Below, one piece after another: positions 56,582 through 64,000 of a DNA stretch of 64,000 bases; the stretch's first letter is position 1; each line of letters starts with the position of its first letter. Below the pieces are notes generated by a model that did no database searches, was not told the DNA's origin, and was given only the letters and a program-made list of their open reading frames with translations. The stretch is from Eledone cirrhosa (Eukaryota). The DNA lies in assembly GCA_964016885.1 (NCBI GenBank), contig OZ024740.1, positions 199,268,001 through 199,332,000 on the forward strand. The letters run 5' to 3'. The position numbers and the translations under genes were made by a program.

Positions 56582-56925
56582 TATTAATTCAAAATATTAA
56601 CAAAATAGATATTCTTGTGATCAATTATATTTTATTATGCATATTTCTGAGGTGCTGAATTAAGTTAGACTACCTTGATTAAATCTTAACCATCTACCAT
56701 GTCAGGTATGTCATATATCATTTTATTTTATCTGATGAGGACGTACTGTTGAACTTAATTCAGTACCTCTGAAATATCTATAATAACATATAATTGATCA
56801 CAAGAATATCTATTTTATTAATATTTTGAATTAATATTAATAACTCCGGAAAACATGACTTGTAGAGTGCTTCCAATCTATTGTAAACTCATTCTTTGAT
56901 GTATTCATTGAATCTTGTTTAACTC
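56582..56925 (+). repeat. Family D pLTR fold-back with HHR (56724-56790)
   Basis: 56582-56667 is the inverted copy of ~56755-56840; matches 40545-40780 in reverse complement. Confidence 0.85.
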
Positions 56926-57896
56926 TTAAATATATATATAGATACATACAAAAAGTTATGAAACGAAAGGAGCTGTGTGGTACTAAAAACAAGGTTTAGG
57001 ATGGTGGTTAGGACGGAATAGGAGGAGAAAGGAAGAAAGGAGTTTCTATCGCCAGCTGTAAATGTATCCCGAACCGATGTTTCAGCGCTGAATTACAGGA
57101 CATCGGTGTAGTTCGTGTGCGCCCGATGCCTTTTATTAATCAAAAGGCCAGGTGGAAAAAGAGAGAGAAAGAGAGAAAAAAGGGAGAGAGCAAAGGAAAG
57201 AGAGGGAAAGGAGAAGAACAGGGGGAGGGGGTGAGAGGCAGAAGGCAAGGAAAGGAATAGAAGAAAAAAGTGTGCAGATTGCATCGTGGGAAGACACGGG
57301 CGAAACAAACATGCAAAAAAGTAACAGTGGAAAAATAGGGAAAGTAAGTTGTGGCCAACCTGGGAGACATTAGCCTGGAGGTCAGCTACAACTCAGAGCT
57401 GGTATGATGGTGCTGGCTCTCGCATAGACAGGAGAAAGTAATAGAGAGAGACACGGGCAACCAACAGTGAATAGGAGAAGGGAAAGGGAGATAATTTAGA
57501 AAGGTTTTTTACGACGGTGGTAAAAACGTGCCGCAAAGATTGCGAACAGAGAGGCCACCACGGCACGTGTAAACATTTCAACAATCAAAACCGAACGGAT
57601 GGATAGAGAGACAAGTAGAAAAAAAAAACGAAAGTGAGGGGCAGAAGGGAAGAGAGAAGGGAGGGTCGATGCGAAAGTGTGGAGGGTACACAGATCAGCC
57701 AAAGGAAGTAGGGTCACAGCGGTAAATACAAAAAGTTATGAAACGAAAGGAGATCTGTTGAATATGCATGCCAATTCTAACACATATATATCCTAGAAAC
57801 GATCGTTAAATAATGAACTTTTTTTGTTTAATATAAGGAACTGTTTCATTGTTTTATTCATTATTTTTTTAATATTTTATATATATATATATATAT

Positions 57897-57967
<71 letters not shown>

Positions 57968-58045
57968 CTGAGAAAAATAAAAAAGTTCAGTAGCTATGTA
58001 GTTAGGTATGTAGGCATGTAAGTAGATAGGTAGGGAGATAGATAA

Positions 58046-59440
58046 CTTTCTTTTTATTTCCCACCAGGGCATCAAAGAGGGGACAAGTACAATGGGGGGA
58101 ATTTACATAAAATGGCGTCCTCAATAAGGAGGAGGCAATAACAAAATATAAATATATAAAATATAAAATATAACAAAAATAAATTGAAAAACAAAATCCT
58201 CAATAGCGAGGAGGCGCCTTGGGGGGTCGCACACACCCCCGGAAAAAGTGTGCAACCCTTCACCTCAGGAGCACAGAGAGAGGGTGCGCCTATGAACTTT
58301 CATCTTTCTTACCTACAGTCTGATGTAGAGTGAAGGCCCATTCACACAGGTCATTCTCCCCACTTTCACCCATCTTTCATAAAAACGGCTGGGGTGCAGC
58401 ACTTCTCTCTCCATCCTGATCCTTCTTCCGAAATGATATCGGAAGAAACGGACCAGTTGTTGGCCAGAGAGAAAGGTGTCTGACCTCAGTCCTTTCAGAC
58501 GCGTCCACCATACAACCTCTTTCGCCATGGCTATTACGCACAGAAACACCGCCTCTGCTTCGTTTTTGAAGAGGGGAGGCGGCTTGATCGTTACAATAGA
58601 CTCGGTGGTCAACCGGATCGGTCCCACCCTTGACAGCAGTTGTTCGACATAGCCCCACAGATCGGCAATGCCCGAGCAGTGTACCAATGCGTGTGCAACG
58701 GTTTCCTCGTCGCACACGCATCTGGGACAGATCTTTTTCGAAGGGTCCCTACTCGGGGGCCCGTGTCTGTAAAGCCTTTCTCGAACGGGCAGAGTCCTTC
58801 TGTAGCACTGCCAGGCCAGGGACCTCTGGAAGTTATCCATGGGTCCCGGGATGAATGTCCTACCGAACAGGTTGGCCAGTTCGTCTTCCTCCATGCCTAG
58901 CGCTTCTCCGAGGGCGTCGTCGCACCTGCTGCGTACCAGCTCTCTATAGAATGACGAGGTGGATTCTCCACTGACAGCCGGGTCCGCCTGCCAGAGAGCC
59001 ATGAGCGCCTGGGCACACTCGGTCTGCCAGGCGCCCAGTTTTCTCGGTCTTTGCTAGACCCAGGATTGCAGCTCGGTGAGTGAGACGAGTCTGGGAAAGG
59101 CTCGCCTCACAAACGGGGCCCACACCGGTTGACCGGTGAGGGATACCTGGAGATGCCGTAGCCTTAATGCGTGTTTACGTATCATTAGCCACGGCATCCC
59201 CAGCCCTCCTTTCGAAGGGTGTTGACAGCAGATGGATCTCCTCACCATAGGAGCCCACTTCTTCCAAAGGAATTGGAAGAGTGCGCGCTCCATTTTGTCG
59301 AGCGTTTCCCTTGGGCAAGGCACAACGGTCAGGCGGTAGTAGATGACGGACGCTATATAAGTGTTCAACACCTCCGCCCGACCTTTCAGGGACAGTTTGC
59401 ACTCGGCCCACTTCTGGGTCAGTGCAACCACCCTGTTCGT
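58046..59440 (-). mobile_element. L1/Tx1-clade LINE 3' fragment
   Basis: LSLKGRAEVLNTYIASVIYY...FQFLWK...GGLGMP; CPRCVCDEETVAHALVHC zinc knuckle; AATAAA at the 3' end; (TATC)n-like flanks. Confidence 0.9.
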
Positions 59441-59813
59441 TATAGATAGATAGAACCTGTTCGAGATAGATAGATAGAACGAAGCCATCAACATTTTGTG
59501 ACTATTTGTGTCATCACCTTTAATAAGCATATGGATGAAAATTATCGCAATTGGTTTCAAAACAATTTAGAATCAAGCACGGCCATGGTCGAATTGAAAA
59601 TAGAGTAAAGGACAAGGGAATCGGAAGGATTCAAGTATGATTACTTACAATGTTGGTAAATACATAGTTTTTCTTTCTACTATGAATCTTGTTATTTTTT
59701 GCAAGTAATACCCTAGTATACACACACGCACAGAAGTATATGTATATATATGTGTGTGTGTGTATGTGTGAGGGAATGTTTCTATAGATATATATGTATA
59801 TATATATATACAC

Positions 59814-59844
<31 letters not shown>

Positions 59845-60289
59845 TGTTATCTGAAAATTCCTTTATATCAAATAGTTGCTAGGTCGTTCTGACTGAATTC
59901 AAAGCAGGTAATTCAAATAATTTTATTCCAGAATTGCAAATTAATTCTTCCACTACTTTTATTTTACGAAATAATTTAATATAGGTAAATCGATACTCAT
60001 ATTATAGATGCACACGAAATCAATAATGCTTTGAGAAAGGGGTGTTTATGTTCCGAAAATACATGAATCTATGGTTTACTTGATATAGCATCCTTCTGAC
60101 CTGGAAGAAATAAATTTGTTAACACAATGTTATTGATATCATATAATCTCTTTCTATTTATATAATATATTGGTGATTATTTATTTCATTATTTATACGA
60201 CAATGTTATTATTATGTAAAAAGTTTTGATGAGTGAATATCATTAATGAACCTCAAGGTGTATATATATATATATATATATATAAATAT

Positions 60290-60610
60290 AAAAGAATAGA
60301 GGTGTAACACACAAGTTATTATATATTGGTAAACGGAATAGAAAATGCTGACAAATTGTTCACAGTGAAAAATAGTTTAATTAGGAATAAGTGAGAATTA
60401 GTAATTGTATTGGTTAGTATTCCGTTTTGGTTTTAAGTTTTACCGGTTGCGCATTTCTAATGCTTTTCAAAAATAATTTTGAGATAGAGCGTCCGTGATG
60501 TTTGCTCTGATCTCACTGAATACTAACCAATACAATTACTAATTCTCACTTATTCCTAATTAAACTATTTTTCACTGTGAACAATTTGTCAGCATTTTCT
60601 ATTCCGTTTA

Positions 60611-60651
<41 letters not shown>

Positions 60652-60800
60652 GTGAGGTTTTTTTTACAAAATGAAAAATAACCGAGGTGTCCTACACGAG
60701 TGGAAGTATAAAGAAAAAGGGATGAAATCGAAAATGCAACTGAAGTCTTATTTTTTAAAAAAATAAGACTTCAGTTGCATTTTCGATTTCATCCCTTTTT

Positions 60801-60806
<6 letters not shown>
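60290..60806. repeat. Adjacent fold-back fragments of family B (60290-60617) and family A (60644-60806) pLTR ends
   Basis: Direct matches to 4433-4630/7413-7490 and to 59-180, each followed by its own reverse complement. Confidence 0.88.
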
Positions 60807-60846
<40 letters not shown>

Positions 60847-60871
60847 GTGTGTAATCTTTGGTACAGTTAGG

Positions 60872-61301
60872 TATATTAAGACAGTGGGGGGGGGGAGGAA
60901 AAAATGGCTTCACTTGTGCTTTCAACAAATTTATTTTCTTCACAAAATCAAAAAAGAATTTTTTTTCCGGGTTAGAAAAGATTATTTTATAAATTAAGTT
61001 GTTGGTTATTGGTACAGACGCCTTCCAATATATTTATTGTTAATCTCAGTATAGTGAACTTATTGTTTGATCTCTTTGTCTTACCATACCAATATTAACA
61101 AAGCTGTAGGAATAAGCCCACTTCTATGCAGGCTTGTTGCAGTTGTCGACTATGCACTAACAGGTGAGTAATTAGAAAATTTTTTTTTCTAATCCTGAAC
61201 ATTTTTTTTTCTAATCCGGAAAAAAATTATTTTTGGACTTTGTGAAGAAAATAAATTTGTTGAAAGCACAAGTGAAGCCATTTTTTCTTCCCCCCCCTGT
61301 C

Positions 61302-61310
<9 letters not shown>
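60872..61310. repeat. TA-flanked element with ~105-bp inverted arms
   Basis: 60872-60980 is the reverse complement of 61205-61310. Confidence 0.85.
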
Positions 61311-61364
<54 letters not shown>

Positions 61365-61387
61365 ATATATATGTGTATATATATGTG

Positions 61388-61426
<39 letters not shown>

Positions 61427-61889
61427 CTGTATATATGAAGTATTTCCGTAGGAATGGTAAAGGGAAGGAGAGTACTCTGTGTATGCTACAGAGCTATTTA
61501 AATAAAAAAAAATGTTTACATATATATATATGTAAAAAGAAAAAAAATTGTTTCGCACTACCTGGGTGAATACAATAAATGTAATCTGAGTTTTTCGAAT
61601 ATTAATAATTGTTTCTACATTAGGCAAAAGGCCAGCAATTAACCAGTGCATTACTGGTACTTTATTTTATAATTAATAATATTCGATTCGTTTGCAATTT
61701 TCCAAAATGTATAAAGCCATGTCAGTAGAATGAACCCTTCATGCTTGCTCTTGTGTAGGCATGTAATCAGAACGGCAGACACTAATGTTGCTGGGTACCA
61801 CCCTTCATCAGTACAGGTGAGATTTATGTGCAGTTCATATATGTATATATATATATATATATACCTATAATTATCATAAAAATATTAAC

Positions 61890-62021
<132 letters not shown>

Positions 62022-62309
62022 AGGAGAGTTAATTATTCATTAAAAACTACGTAAGGCCGGATTGGAAGCTTTCTTTAAAAATTTAATTCTGCGAAACCAC
62101 TATATATTTTTCAATGGTGCAGTTCCATCATCCGATCATGAATCAAGACTTAGTTAATTCTATCAGCTGTTGATTAGATATTTAATTATATAAAATAACA
62201 GGTTTACGGCGAACACGAACGGAGACTAGAAAATAGAGGATAGATTTGTTTCGGGGATGGCTTGCCAACTCGACGTTATTGCAATATATTAAATTCACCA
62301 CACATATAT

Positions 62310-62353
<44 letters not shown>

Positions 62354-62547
62354 GATAAATCTACCAAGAGTTTACGGTAGTGTCCAATCCGTATGAAGAA
62401 CTCAATGTATTCCGGATATCATGGAAAGAAGAGATGTAATGAAAAATCACTTTCGGTGAAAGATAAACGGTATACAGAGTCAAGATAAAATATTAAACAA
62501 ATAATGAATAAACAATGAAAACAGTTCCTTATATTAAACAAAAAAAG

Positions 62548-62701
62548 TTCATTATTTAACGATCGTTTCTAGGATATATATGTGTTAGAATTGGCATGCA
62601 TATTCAACAGATCTATGTACAAAATTATACAAAATTATACAAACTATCAAGATTAAATATACATACCAACACATATATACGCCGTCTTCAGAAATAATGA
62701 A
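62548..62701 (-). ncRNA. Type I hammerhead ribozyme with very long stem II
   Basis: TTCATTATTT-CTGAAGA-cggcgTATATATGTGTT...AACACATATATAtccta-GAAA-CGATCG-TT-AAATAATGAA. A truncated copy is at 57751-57866(+). Confidence 0.75.
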
Positions 62702-63336
62702 ATATATTTATTGATAATAACAACAATTCAAAATTTCAGGTCCGTTTGGGAACAAAATTGACCAATGAAAATACAAAAGGTTTAATGCAGTTCGGTGTGT
62801 GTATATACATGTAACTACCCTTACACATATTTTACAAAAATGTATGCACAACTTGTATACGCATACGAAAAGGATGGATGCAAATACAAAATTTCAAGGT
62901 TAATGTCTCTGTAAGTTTATAATGCACAGATAAGATGCGTATAGACACATAAATATGAAATAAGTGTATATACATATTTTCATACTCACTCATATCCGTA
63001 CAATCACACATACACACGCGTATATGCATAAACATACACATAAACTACGAACATACAAACACACACACACCCCCACTCACATATATATATGTGGATATAA
63101 AATCCTAAGCACATGGATATTAATTCACTCACATAAACACTGGCACACACATTTAGATCAAGATACAGAAATTAGGTGGGAGGGGGGGGAGAGGTCAGTA
63201 TTCAACTGTTTGGGCAGACTGCTTAATATAGATGTATCTATAAACTAAGAAAATAAAAAATAATAAATAATAAATAAACATTAAAAAGGAAAGAAAAGAA
63301 AAAGAAAAAGAAAAAAGAAAAAAGAAATATATCAAG

Positions 63337-63394
<58 letters not shown>

Positions 63395-63561
63395 CATACA
63401 CGTACATACACACATACATATACACATACACACATACAAACACATACATACATATACACACATCCACACTTAGAACATACATACACACACATATATAAAC
63501 ATATACATATACACACATACATACATATACACACATACATATAAATACACATATATATATA

Positions 63562-63607
<46 letters not shown>

Positions 63608-63904
63608 TACATATATACACTCATACATACACATATAATCACACATACTATATAGACACACATATATATACACACATACACGCACATATACATACACTTA
63701 CATACATATATACATACAGATATACACATACATACCTATATATACACACAAATACATACAGACATACATACATACATACAGACAGATACTTAGGCATCTA
63801 TATATCGGTATATACATACAAACACCACTACACTCTCACACAACTCAGACATACAAAGAAAAAGGTATATACCTATACACATATACATATACAAATAGAG
63901 AAAC

Positions 63905-63971
<67 letters not shown>

Positions 63972-64000
63972 CATACATATACACATATACACACATACAC

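Noticed and set aside
57065-57105. Minus-strand CCGATG-TC...GAAA-CATCGG resembling a type III hammerhead
   Set aside because: There is no CUGANGA strand or stem II between the two halves.

Overview
Eukaryotic, very AT-rich, microsatellite-saturated DNA. The tRNA-headed SINE and the (TA)n density suggest Octopus or another cephalopod (inference). No host protein-coding gene is supportable, and most listed ORFs are microsatellite artefacts. The window is a graveyard of mobile elements: two Neptune-type Penelope-like elements (PLEs; one keeps an open RT+GIY-YIG frame), four probable Naiad-type PLE remnants, a decayed Helitron, RTE, R4/Dong, CR1 and Tx1 LINE fragments, and SINEs. The hidden layer is non-coding. 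By eye there are about 20 type I hammerhead ribozyme (HHR) motifs in about 10 different repeat families, nearly all inserted in (TA)n tracts and usually arranged as fold-backs. Three families carry a compensatory U3-A8 core (UUGANAA instead of CUGANGA). One family forms a ~413-nt HHR-bearing tandem array that looks like a non-LTR retrozyme and could yield circular RNA. LINE families appear to partition the microsatellite types as insertion targets. All structures were read manually; none was computationally folded or searched.
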